64,000 nt of DNA from Candidatus Nomurabacteria bacterium (GTDB taxonomy: Bacteria > Patescibacteriota > Minisyncoccia > Phycocordibacterales > CALRBL01): the NCBI GenBank assembly GCA_963834935.1, contig CAWIDS010000001.1:301500-365499 (forward strand), written 5' to 3'. Positions 29,213 to 38,073 of this stretch are shown here, piece by piece. Below the pieces are notes generated by a model that saw only the letters and a list, made by a program, of their open reading frames with translations, was not told the origin of the DNA and did no database searches. The position numbers were made by a program, and so were the translations under genes. Positions within the stretch are counted from its first letter, which is position 1, and every line of letters begins with the position of its first letter.

Positions 29213-30964
29213 TTATTCCGAAACTACCCGAAGGACTTCTTCGATAGTAGTCACACCCTGCACCGCCTTGAATACCCCGTCTTCTATCATGGTAAGCATT
29301 CCTTCTTTCTTTGCCTGCGCTTCTATTTCATCTGACGTCGTTCCTTTCATGACTAATGCCTTGATAGGTGCGCTAACCTTGAGAATTTCATGTATGCCGA
29401 TCCTTCCCGCATAGCCATCTTCCGATTCAGCGCTTTTAATAGGCTTGTAGAACGGGATTGTCTGCCACTCCGCTTTTTCATCGACTATCTTTCTTTCTTC
29501 AGGAACTCCAGAACCCGGGCAATGTCGACTTTCTTGGAAAGCATATCAAGCTCATCTTTGGTGAGAAGGTATTTTTCCTTGGTGACAGCCAGTTTCCTGA
29601 TAAGGCGCTGGCCTATGATACATTCAAGGTCGAGACAAGAGGAATGGCTCTATGTGCATGTCGATGAAGCGTGGAATGGCGCCGGCGGCTGAATTGGTGT
29701 GAAGGGTCGAGAGTACAAGGTGTCCAGTGAGCGAGGCGTTGATGGCGAGGGATGCCGTTTCATTGTCGCGGATTTCCCCCACCATGATGATATCCGGGTC
29801 CTGCCTGACAAGGGAGCGGAGTCCCGAGGCGAAAGTAAAACCGATTTCTGGCTTTACTTGGGTTTGATTGATCCTCTTCATCTGGTATTCGACAGGATCC
29901 TCAATCGTGGAGATATTCACATCGGCTGTATTCAGGATATCTAGAACGGTATAGAGGGTCGTCGTCTTTCCTGACCCTGTCGGACCAGTAGTAAGGATCA
30001 TTCCAGTCGAGAGTTTTGTCGCTTCATATATCCTTTCTAATCCTTCTCCATGGAAGCCGAGATGCTCGAGGGTAAAGCCGGAAACATTTTCCCTAAGCAA
30101 ACGCATTACTGTCTTTTCTCCGTAGTACACAGGCAGGATAGACACTCGAAAAGAGACATTTTCCCCATTCATTTCGATCTTGAAACGGCCGTCTTGGGGA
30201 AGCCTTTTTTCGTCGAGCTTGAGGCTCGAAAGGACTTTGATGCGGGCTGTGATGGAATCGCCTGCATTTTTTGGCAAGATCATGGCGTCGTGAAGTATTC
30301 CATCTATGCGGTAGCGTACTACCACTTCATTTTCTTGAGGTTCGATATGAATATCCGAAGCGTTCTGGATGATGGCATGTTTCAGGAGCGTATCTACGAC
30401 TCGGACTACCGGCAAGTCCTCGGCCATCTTCTGAAGGTCTTTGATGTTGAGTTTGCCGTCCTTGTTCTGATCCCCGACTGATTTTATGGAGACTGATTCC
30501 TTCTGGATGATATCACCGAAGTCAGCCTTGAGGCTTTTCTGGTATTGGAGGATTGCCGACTTCATCGAATTCACGTCAGTAAGGCGTGGAAGAATCTTCA
30601 AGCCCACTTTCTTCTTGACGAAATCGAGTGCGCTCAAGTCATCGGTGTCGAGCATTGCCACCTCAAGCGTCTTATCATCTTTCTTGAAGCCGATGATATT
30701 GTGCTTGCGGGCAATCGGCTCGGGAATGAGAGAGAGAACACTGAAATCTATCTTTTGATCTTTGAGATCCACGAATGGGATCCCAAGTATGTAGGCTTGA
30801 ATTTTTCGGAGATCTTCCTCGGTAATCAGGCTTTTTTGCAGCAGAATATCACCCATGTCTACCCCCTTTTTCTCTGATTCTTCGCGTGCAGTAGCAAGTT
30901 CTTTTTCGGAAACCAATCCCGAATCCATTATGAACTTTTCAAATTGAGCTTTGTTTATGAACAC
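29213..30964 (-). pseudogene. Second PilB/GspE-family secretion ATPase, C-terminal region disrupted by >=3 frameshifts
   Basis: 446-aa frame with Walker A GPTGSGKTTT, Asp/His boxes stops at LLSRP*; the C-terminus continues in two other frames (…IIGQRLIRKLAVTKEKY… then …YKPIKSAESEDGYAGRIGIHEILKVS…GVTTIEEVLRVVSE*) homologous to the PilB C-terminus. Confidence 0.75.
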
Positions 30965-30989
30965 GCTGACATTGTAACATATTCGTCAA

Positions 30990-32075
30990 CTAGTTGATTG
31001 GATTGATTGGAATTTCAAGTTGAATATTTGAGGTACTTCCTACACTGTCTGTAACCGTTACTGTTGCATTATATATAGCGAAAGGATCTGCCATTGAGGG
31101 TGTTCCTGATATCAATCCGCTGTTTGAAAGGCTTATGCTGTTATTTCCTAAAAATTGACCAGCAGTTACAACCCATGTATAGGGAGGAACGCCGCCTGTT
31201 GCGCTTAGTTGAAAACTATATGATTGATTAACCTTACCCGATGGTAACTCTCCAGCACTTCCTCCAAGCATAGTCATGCCCGCAGTACTAATAGCAAGAG
31301 GTCCTGTATATGATCCTGAACCTTTTTGGCAATAAAGGAGAGATATGTAGGGGTTCATAATATCCATTGCTTGTTGGGGTCCTACTGCATTATCGCTTGT
31401 ATCGAATATGACATCACGGGTAAGCGCGCTGTATGCGTCCTGGTTTGCCTGATCATCTATAAGAACATATGGAGTTCCTTTTTGGGAACTGTCATCTCCG
31501 CGCTCAAACCCATTTATCTGAAGTTTGAATGGAGCTATCTCTGCAGGAACCTGCAGGTGTGTTTCTGCACCGCCTGTGTTTCCAAGAGCCCTTTGGCTCA
31601 ATGAGACTCCATTCTCGTCTGTATTTCCACTTCCCGTTCCGATGATCGTCCGTCCTGAAGCAGGCGCAAATTGGCTCCAGCCGGTAGGGCATGAAGTAAG
31701 ATTGAAAGCCATGACTGCTCCGGTAGGGACTGAAGCAGAAGCCTGCCATGTTCCATTTCCTTGGCTGTCTGAAGTAAGAACATTTCCTGAAGCAGCATTA
31801 AGAGGAATCTGAATACCATTTCCGAAATACCCACTACCAGCAGTAATAAAATTATTTGATGTTAATGTTCCTGCAATATTTAATAGGCTTCCATCTATCA
31901 CAGAGCCATTTTTTGCTTGAGGAATAGCACCAGTGTTGAGAGGAGCATCAACGTTATTGGTCGGAGGGTTGACTGGTGCTGCTGTCCATGTTCCTGCTTG
32001 GACACCGATAACCCCCAATACAAGAATAGAGACAATAACAAGGTTTTTTATGATCTGAATTATTTTTTGTTGCAT
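30990..32075 (-). CDS. Secreted protein with phage tail-collar domain and Ig-like domain
   Basis: 361 aa; signal/TM anchor; GAVMAFNLTSCPTGWSQFAPASGRTIIGTGSG...LGNTGGAETH fits tail-collar (tail fiber) domain consensus; PSGKVNQSYSFQLSATGGVPPYTWVV fits putative Ig domain. Confidence 0.55.
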   Translation of the reverse strand: MQQKIIQIIKNLVIVSILVLGVIGVQAGTWTAAPVNPPTNNVDAPLNTGAIPQAKNGSVIDGSLLNIAGTLTSNNFITAGSGYFGNGIQIPLNAASGNVLTSDSQGNGTWQASASVPTGAVMAFNLTSCPTGWSQFAPASGRTIIGTGSGNTDENGVSLSQRALGNTGGAETHLQVPAEIAPFKLQINGFERGDDSSQKGTPYVLIDDQANQDAYSALTRDVIFDTSDNAVGPQQAMDIMNPYISLLYCQKGSGSYTGPLAISTAGMTMLGGSAGELPSGKVNQSYSFQLSATGGVPPYTWVVTAGQFLGNNSISLSNSGLISGTPSMADPFAIYNATVTVTDSVGSTSNIQLEIPINPIN

Positions 32076-32079
32076 ATAA

Positions 32080-32430
32080 TTATTGATTATTTAATAAGCT
32101 TATAATATCCGCTTTCTGTCTCTCCGATAACGTCTCATTTTTTTGAGCTGTTAATTGTTTTATGATCTGATTTTTTTTAATAGTGGTAAGACTGCTGCTT
32201 GCTGAACCCTGGCTATTCAATTCTGCAATTATTTGGCTTTTTTGTTCTTCTGTGAGGATATTCTTATTGGTTTTGGTGGGGGCATCTTTTATTCTATGAT
32301 CATTTATGCTTGTAACACCTAAAATGATAAAGGAAGTTAATAATGATAATATCGAAAGCCATGCAAGGCGTTTCATTTCATGCTTACCTTTTAGCTTACC
32401 AGTCGCGTTTTGGTTTAATTTGTAAGACAT
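32080..32430 (-). CDS. Small secreted/anchored protein with internal Q-rich repeats (hypothetical; alt start MKRLAWL at 32376)
   Basis: 116 aa; repeated QKSQIIAELNSQ / KKNQIIKQLTAQ / RQKADIISLLNNQ units. Confidence 0.4.
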   Translation of the reverse strand: MSYKLNQNATGKLKGKHEMKRLAWLSILSLLTSFIILGVTSINDHRIKDAPTKTNKNILTEEQKSQIIAELNSQGSASSSLTTIKKNQIIKQLTAQKNETLSERQKADIISLLNNQ

Positions 32431-32437
32431 TTTTTAA

Positions 32438-33712
32438 TTAAAATTCTTTTGCCTGGCCCGAAACATTGCATGTCGCAGTGTTTGAAACTGCGTTTTGTCC
32501 TGCCGCATTCGTAACGCTCAGTTTATAATGCGTAGTATACATGATATTATTCCTTGTTGTTGATCCTGAATTCAATGGACCATATTCGTTCTGCAATATG
32601 TTTCCATCAGACACCCCGCCATCCTTTATGAGGGTGCTCGTTCCTGTTGTCGGGTCAAAATTGGTTATAGACGACCATGATAGCGTGCATTGTCCACCAG
32701 AGGCGATGGTCGCCGGACTTGCAACAAGAGGTCCGATTACCGGACCTGTTCCAGTTCCCGGAGGAGGACATGAGGCTGGAACCGTTATTGATTCAGTATT
32801 TGAATAAGGAGAACATTCTGCAACAACACAAGCGGCGACTGAATAGGTATAAGTAGAGCCTGGCTGGCCCAAGGAATCTGTGAAAGAAGTGACTCCTATG
32901 TTGCTGAAGTTGCTGATTGAACTGTCAGGATTCTCTTTTTGTATATTATAGCTTGTTGCCCCGGAGATGTTTGTCCAGGAGAGGCTGATGCTGCAATTAT
33001 TGCCGCCGCTAAGCGATGGTGGAGAAAGCGTAGGTGCACCAAGACCGTTCGGACAGACGCCATTCGCTGGGGCGCTTCCGTCTGGACAAGGAGCTACACA
33101 GCTGCCGGTCGTCGTATCATTCACTTGTCCTGCCGGGCAAGTATTATTGGTAAGAGAGGCTCCAGACATGTCTATCCACCCTATGTTTGTAGCGCCCCAC
33201 GCATAGCCAATCAAGGGAGTAGATGTAACTCCAGGTGTACTCAAGCTTACTCCGTAACCTGTTCCTCCGAGACTGATCCATCCGTCCCATCCATCTGTCC
33301 TGTCAGCGCTATTGCAATCCTTGTTTACTGTCCCTGAGCATGCTCGGGCCCAACCGGTAAAGGTGTTTCCGCTTAAGATGGCATTTACGCCTAAGGTACC
33401 TCCTCCAGTTGGGAATCCCGAAAGTCCTCCGAATTTTATCCAGCCGATATTAGGCGACCATCCATAACCGCTGACTAATCCTGTCGAACTGACTGTTACT
33501 TGGCTCATATCTATCCAGCCAATCGTGCTTGACCAGGCATATCCGGAAAAGGAACGAGTCGTGTCTGCTTGGGAGATCTTTACTTTATTTGTTTGGCTGA
33601 AAAGATTCAGGCTGAGGAGAGTTATGACTATTACTAAAAGAAAAATCCAAAAAGAGACACTTTTTTTCATATATACATAATTATATGTCTTGTATACGAA
33701 TGTGTACAGCAA
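32438..33712 (-). CDS. Secreted repeat protein (GYxWS..IGWI repeats + FN3-like domain; hypothetical adhesin)
   Basis: 424 aa (probable start MKKSV at 33670); three GY(A/G)W(S/G)xxIGWI(D/K) repeats, Cys-rich segment, FN3-like SISLSWTNISGATSYNIQKE...STYTYSVAAC. Confidence 0.55.
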   Translation of the reverse strand: MLYTFVYKTYNYVYMKKSVSFWIFLLVIVITLLSLNLFSQTNKVKISQADTTRSFSGYAWSSTIGWIDMSQVTVSSTGLVSGYGWSPNIGWIKFGGLSGFPTGGGTLGVNAILSGNTFTGWARACSGTVNKDCNSADRTDGWDGWISLGGTGYGVSLSTPGVTSTPLIGYAWGATNIGWIDMSGASLTNNTCPAGQVNDTTTGSCVAPCPDGSAPANGVCPNGLGAPTLSPPSLSGGNNCSISLSWTNISGATSYNIQKENPDSSISNFSNIGVTSFTDSLGQPGSTYTYSVAACVVAECSPYSNTESITVPASCPPPGTGTGPVIGPLVASPATIASGGQCTLSWSSITNFDPTTGTSTLIKDGGVSDGNILQNEYGPLNSGSTTRNNIMYTTHYKLSVTNAAGQNAVSNTATCNVSGQAKEF

Positions 33713-33787
33713 AGGCTTCCATCAATGTGGATAACTTTAAGCCAACTTGATTTTTTTGCTCTTTTAAGATACATTAGTGTCGTTCAC

Positions 33788-33814
33788 GTTCGCCGAAAGC
33801 GAACTTGTTTTTTT
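33788..33814 (+). terminator. Hairpin + U-run in nusA 5' leader (candidate attenuator/intrinsic terminator)
   Basis: GTTCGC-CGAAA-GCGAAC stem-loop followed by TTGTTTTTTT, ~25 nt upstream of nusA ATG; no plus-strand gene upstream to terminate. Confidence 0.4.
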
Positions 33815-33837
33815 AATAGAAACTAAGAATTTAAACA

Positions 33838-34998
33838 ATGTTTGATTTAAAAGTAATTCACTCCGTCTTGGACCAGATGGAACAAGAGCGAGGAATTCCA
33901 AAAGAAAAGATAATAGAAGCTATCGAATTGGCTTTGGCTACGGCATACAAGAAGGAATTTGGCAAAAGAGGCCAATATATGAGGGCTCGTTTTGATATTG
34001 ACTCCGGAAAAGTGGAGTTTGAGCAGGTCAAGGTCGTTGTAGACGAGTCAAGCGTCGTTTTTGGCGAAGAAGGCGATGAAATCAAGGATAAAGAGGAAGA
34101 AATCACAGAAGACGGCGTCCTAAAGCTCCGTTTTAACCCAGAGCATCATATTTTGCTTGCTGATGCCCGAAAAATCAAAAAAGACGTCGTTTTAGGCGAT
34201 GAAATGGTATTTCCCCTTGAAAATAAGGCTGATTTTGGCAGAATAGCCGCTCAAACCGCTAAGCAAGTGATCATTCAGAAGATTCGTGAAGCTGAAAAAG
34301 TCTCAGTTTTAGGCGAATTTGGCCAGAGAGAAGGCGAAATTGTCACTGGAAGCGTCCAACGTGTGGAAAGAGGCAATATTTTCATGGATATGGGGCGCGC
34401 TTCAGGAATTCTTCCTTTTGAGGAACAGATTCCTGGCGAGCATTATCGCCAAGGCGAGAAGGTCAGAATGTACCTTTCCCGGGTAGAAGAGACTCCGCGA
34501 GGTATATTCCTGCGTCTTTCAAGGGCTCATCCAAAGTTTTTGACCAAGCTTTTCGAGGCGGAAGTGCCGGAAATCACCTCAGGTGCCGTTGAAGTCAAAG
34601 CGGTAGCCCGCGAAGCAGGATCACGTTCCAAGATAGCTGTTTTTTCCAATGATCCTCATGTTGATCCTGTCGGATCGATGGTCGGGCAGCGCGGGGTTCG
34701 CGTCTCTACCGTCATGAGCGAGCTCGGAGGAGAAAAGATAGATATTATTGAGTGGTCTCCTGAGATTGAAAAATTTATCGAAGACTCTATCTCCCCTGCT
34801 AAAGTGATATCTGTCAAGGTAAATAAAGAAGAAGCTTCGGCTGTTGTAGAGGTCTCGGAAGACCAGCAATCGCTCGCTATCGGAAAAGGAGGACAAAATG
34901 TCCGACTTGCTGCCAAGCTTACAGGATTCAGGATCGATATTCGCTCTGGCAAAGGAGAAGTTGTTGCAGATGCCGCCTCTGAAGAAATTAATAACTAA
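33838..34998 (+). CDS. nusA: Transcription termination/antitermination factor NusA
   Basis: 386 aa; N-terminal RNAP-binding domain, S1 and two KH domains (GxxG motifs). Confidence 0.9.
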   Translation: MFDLKVIHSVLDQMEQERGIPKEKIIEAIELALATAYKKEFGKRGQYMRARFDIDSGKVEFEQVKVVVDESSVVFGEEGDEIKDKEEEITEDGVLKLRFNPEHHILLADARKIKKDVVLGDEMVFPLENKADFGRIAAQTAKQVIIQKIREAEKVSVLGEFGQREGEIVTGSVQRVERGNIFMDMGRASGILPFEEQIPGEHYRQGEKVRMYLSRVEETPRGIFLRLSRAHPKFLTKLFEAEVPEITSGAVEVKAVAREAGSRSKIAVFSNDPHVDPVGSMVGQRGVRVSTVMSELGGEKIDIIEWSPEIEKFIEDSISPAKVISVKVNKEEASAVVEVSEDQQSLAIGKGGQNVRLAAKLTGFRIDIRSGKGEVVADAASEEINN

Positions 34999-35015
34999 TA
35001 CATCATATATATAGT

Positions 35016-35549
35016 ATGTCTATAAATCTATGGAAAGATATTGATCCCGGAACGAAGGATAAGATGACAGTGATCATTGAGATAAACAAAGGCTCGAAGA
35101 ATAAATATGAAATCGACAAAAAGCTCGGTCTAATTGCTTTAGATCGGGTGATGCACACTGCCCAAGATTATCCTTTCGATTATGGTTTCGTACCTCAGAC
35201 ATTGTGGGAAGACGGAGATCCTCTCGATGTTGTTGTTCTTACCACCTATCCTCTTTTTCCTGGGGTATTGGTGACTGTCCGTCCTGTCGCGATCGTTAAT
35301 ATGATCGATTCAGGCGAAAGCGATGCGAAGATAATCGCCGTACCTTGCGAAGATCCGCGATTCGATGATGTACAAGATATCGGAAGCGTGAACAAGCACA
35401 CTCTCAAGGAGATCAAGCACTTCTTCCTCACTTACAAGAAGCTCCAGAACAAGGAAGTCACCATCAGCGGAATCGAAGGGAAAGAAAAAGCCGTCGAAGC
35501 TTTTGAGAAATCTCTCAAGCTTTACAACGAGAAGTTTGCAAGCAAATAG
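35016..35549 (+). CDS. ppa: Inorganic pyrophosphatase (family I)
   Basis: 177 aa; conserved DGDPLDVVVL and Asp-rich active-site pattern. Confidence 0.9.
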   Translation: MSINLWKDIDPGTKDKMTVIIEINKGSKNKYEIDKKLGLIALDRVMHTAQDYPFDYGFVPQTLWEDGDPLDVVVLTTYPLFPGVLVTVRPVAIVNMIDSGESDAKIIAVPCEDPRFDDVQDIGSVNKHTLKEIKHFFLTYKKLQNKEVTISGIEGKEKAVEAFEKSLKLYNEKFASK

Positions 35550-35558
35550 CAAAAAATT

Positions 35559-36632
35559 ATGCCGTCATTCAAAATAACAAAAAACGAGAAGCTTCCCAAA
35601 TCGGAAGCGGTCATCGAAGGAGAGCTTTCATTGGAAGCGGTAAGTGCTGAAAGGAAGAATGCCTTGAATAAATTCCAAGCCGAGGTCAATCTCGACGGCT
35701 TCAGGAAAGGTCATGTTCCTGAAAAGAAACTTGTTGAAGTCATCGGGGAGCTGGCTATTTTTGAAGAAAGCGCCTCTATCGCTTTGGAAAAGAACTATTT
35801 CGATATCATAAAGGAAGCAAAAGTCTTTCCACTCGGCGCTCCGCGCGTATCGATGATGAAGATCGCTTTAGGCAATCCCGTTGGCTTCAAGATCGAAATA
35901 TCGCTCATTCCTGAGTTCACTCTTCCTGAATTCAAGTCATCAATAAAGGAAGTGAAAGAAAAAGCAGAGCAAGTTGTATTAGAAGATAAAGACGTCGAAG
36001 ACGCGCTTTTAGAGATGCGCCGTTCTTTGGCTCATTATGAAAAACATCATTCGAAAGAAGGCCAAGATCAAGAGCATCATGACCATACAGGAAAAGACAT
36101 TCCCGATGAGGAGCTTCCAGCGCTTGATGATGAATTTGCAAAGAAGGTCGGTAACTTCCCCACTCTGAACGTCCTTCGCGAGAAAGTAAGGGAAAACATG
36201 CTTAATGAAAAGGAAGTGAGAGCTCGGGAAAAGACCCGTCTCCATATGATCGAAAAGATTCTCGAAAAAGTTGAGATTGAAGTTCCTGATGTTTTGGTTC
36301 AGAGCGAGCTCAATAAGATGACGAATGAATTCAAGATGAGCATCGAAAGGATGGGGATAAAATATGAAGAATACCTCGGTCATCTCAAAAAGACACAAGA
36401 CGACCTAAGGGACGAATGGAAAGACGAAGCGCTTAAAAGGTCAAAGATAGAGCTTGTCCTTAATAAGATTTCAGAAGACGAGAAAATAAAGGCAGATGAA
36501 GAAGAAGTAAAGAAAGAATCAAAGAATATCCTTGATCAATACAAGGATGCCGATCCGCTTCGCGTAGAGATTTATGTCGAGACGATGCTGACGAATGAGA
36601 AGGTGTGGCAGTTCTTGGAGAATTTAAACTAA
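35559..36632 (+). CDS. tig: Trigger factor (lacking PPIase domain)
   Basis: 357 aa; N-terminal ribosome-binding signature GFRKGHVPEKKL (GFRxGxxP), C-terminal chaperone arm; too short for FKBP domain; tig-clpP neighbourhood. Confidence 0.7.
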   Translation: MPSFKITKNEKLPKSEAVIEGELSLEAVSAERKNALNKFQAEVNLDGFRKGHVPEKKLVEVIGELAIFEESASIALEKNYFDIIKEAKVFPLGAPRVSMMKIALGNPVGFKIEISLIPEFTLPEFKSSIKEVKEKAEQVVLEDKDVEDALLEMRRSLAHYEKHHSKEGQDQEHHDHTGKDIPDEELPALDDEFAKKVGNFPTLNVLREKVRENMLNEKEVRAREKTRLHMIEKILEKVEIEVPDVLVQSELNKMTNEFKMSIERMGIKYEEYLGHLKKTQDDLRDEWKDEALKRSKIELVLNKISEDEKIKADEEEVKKESKNILDQYKDADPLRVEIYVETMLTNEKVWQFLENLN

Positions 36633-36633
36633 T

Positions 36634-37350
36634 CTAAAGCATAAGGAATGCGCTTGCTACTATCGCCGCAGTTTCTGCGCGAAGGGTAGCTTTCCCCAAA
36701 GAATATATTTCAGTTTCATAGGACTTGAATAGGGATAATTCATCCTCGCTCCATCCTCCCTCGGGGCCGATGAATATCCCTATTTTTGTTTCATGGCTGA
36801 TAGTAGGGACATAATCGCCGTGAAATGGCTTCCCTTCAAGGTGAAAAGCAAATTTTTTTCCTTCATACCCTCCTAGCGCGTCTTCCAATGAGATGATCTT
36901 GCTGAGAAGCGGGGGAACATCCCTTCCCGATTGCTCAGCCGCCTCGATGGCTATCTTTTGAAGACGTTCGATTTTGAGGTCTTTCTTTTCGCTCCTGTTT
37001 GATATGAAGGGAATGATTTTTGAAATGCCAAGCTCAACAACTTTCTCTGTAACGAGTTCGAAATTACCTTTTTTGATGATTGAAAGGAAAAGAGTCACTT
37101 CCTTTTCGCTTGAAATTTCATTCTTTATCTTTTCTGTGATATTGAAGCTGATTTTTTTTCCAGCGATGCTGATCCGTGAAACGTAATCAAAACCTGAACC
37201 ATCGAAGAGAATGATTTCATCCCCGGTCCGGAAACGGAATACCTTAAGAAGCTGGTGGGCAAGGTCTGGGTCGGGGAGGTCAAAAGAAGAGCCGTTCGAG
37301 CATTGCTCTTCCAGCCTTTTTTCCTTTACATAAAACCGATGACGTCTCAT
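36634..37350 (-). CDS. rsmE: 16S rRNA (uracil1498-N3)-methyltransferase RsmE
   Basis: 238 aa; MRRHRFYV start, PUA-like N-domain, GPEGGWSEDE SPOUT motif. Confidence 0.85.
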   Translation of the reverse strand: MRRHRFYVKEKRLEEQCSNGSSFDLPDPDLAHQLLKVFRFRTGDEIILFDGSGFDYVSRISIAGKKISFNITEKIKNEISSEKEVTLFLSIIKKGNFELVTEKVVELGISKIIPFISNRSEKKDLKIERLQKIAIEAAEQSGRDVPPLLSKIISLEDALGGYEGKKFAFHLEGKPFHGDYVPTISHETKIGIFIGPEGGWSEDELSLFKSYETEIYSLGKATLRAETAAIVASAFLML

Positions 37351-37429
37351 TTACCTACCTTACCGTGAAACTTGCTCTTATTCAAATTTTAGCTATCCTT
37401 TAGATACCTAACAAATAATTTCAAAAAAC

Positions 37430-37999
37430 ATGTTAATACCAACTGTCATCGAAAAGTCACAATTCGGAGAACGCGCATACGATATCTTTTCCCGTCTGCT
37501 TCGCGAAAGGATCATTTTCTTGGGAGGTCCGATCGACGACAATGTCGCCAATCTGATTATCGCCCAACTCCTTTTCCTTCAATCTGAAGATTCGAAAAAG
37601 GATATCACTTTATACATCAACTCGCCAGGAGGAAGCGTCACAGCCGGCCTTGCAATTATCGACACAATGAATCATATCAAGCCAGATGTCTCTACCCTTT
37701 GCGTCGGCCTTGCTGCCTCGATGGGCGCAGTCATCTTGTCTGCTGGAAAGAAAGGAAAGCGTTTCTCTCTCAAGAATTCAGAAATAATGATTCATCAGCC
37801 GATGGGAGGAGTCGAAGGACAAGCTTCAGATATCGAGATCAGCGCAAAAAGGATTCTCAAGAACCGAGATCTCTTGAACAAGATTCTTGCTTCCAATACC
37901 GGCCAGCCACTTTCGAAGATTGAGAAGGATGTAGACCGGGATTTCTTCATGTCTCCCGAGGAATCGAAGAAGTATGGCATCTTGGACAAAGTTCTCTAA
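37430..37999 (+). CDS. clpP: ATP-dependent Clp protease proteolytic subunit
   Basis: 189 aa; catalytic Ser (GLAASMGA), His (MIHQP), highly conserved ClpP core. Confidence 0.95.
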   Translation: MLIPTVIEKSQFGERAYDIFSRLLRERIIFLGGPIDDNVANLIIAQLLFLQSEDSKKDITLYINSPGGSVTAGLAIIDTMNHIKPDVSTLCVGLAASMGAVILSAGKKGKRFSLKNSEIMIHQPMGGVEGQASDIEISAKRILKNRDLLNKILASNTGQPLSKIEKDVDRDFFMSPEESKKYGILDKVL

Positions 38000-38073
38000 T
38001 TGTTGTATTGTTGAATTGTTATTAAATTAATTTATCCCTTAGGCCGATTGACGGCGGAGGGTGTTGAAAAATC

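Noticed and set aside
29390-29692. Plus-strand ORFs 29390..29692 and 29458..29667
   Set aside because: They are antisense to the frameshifted C-terminal part of the PilB-like gene, whose three frames translate to a recognisable PilB C-terminus.
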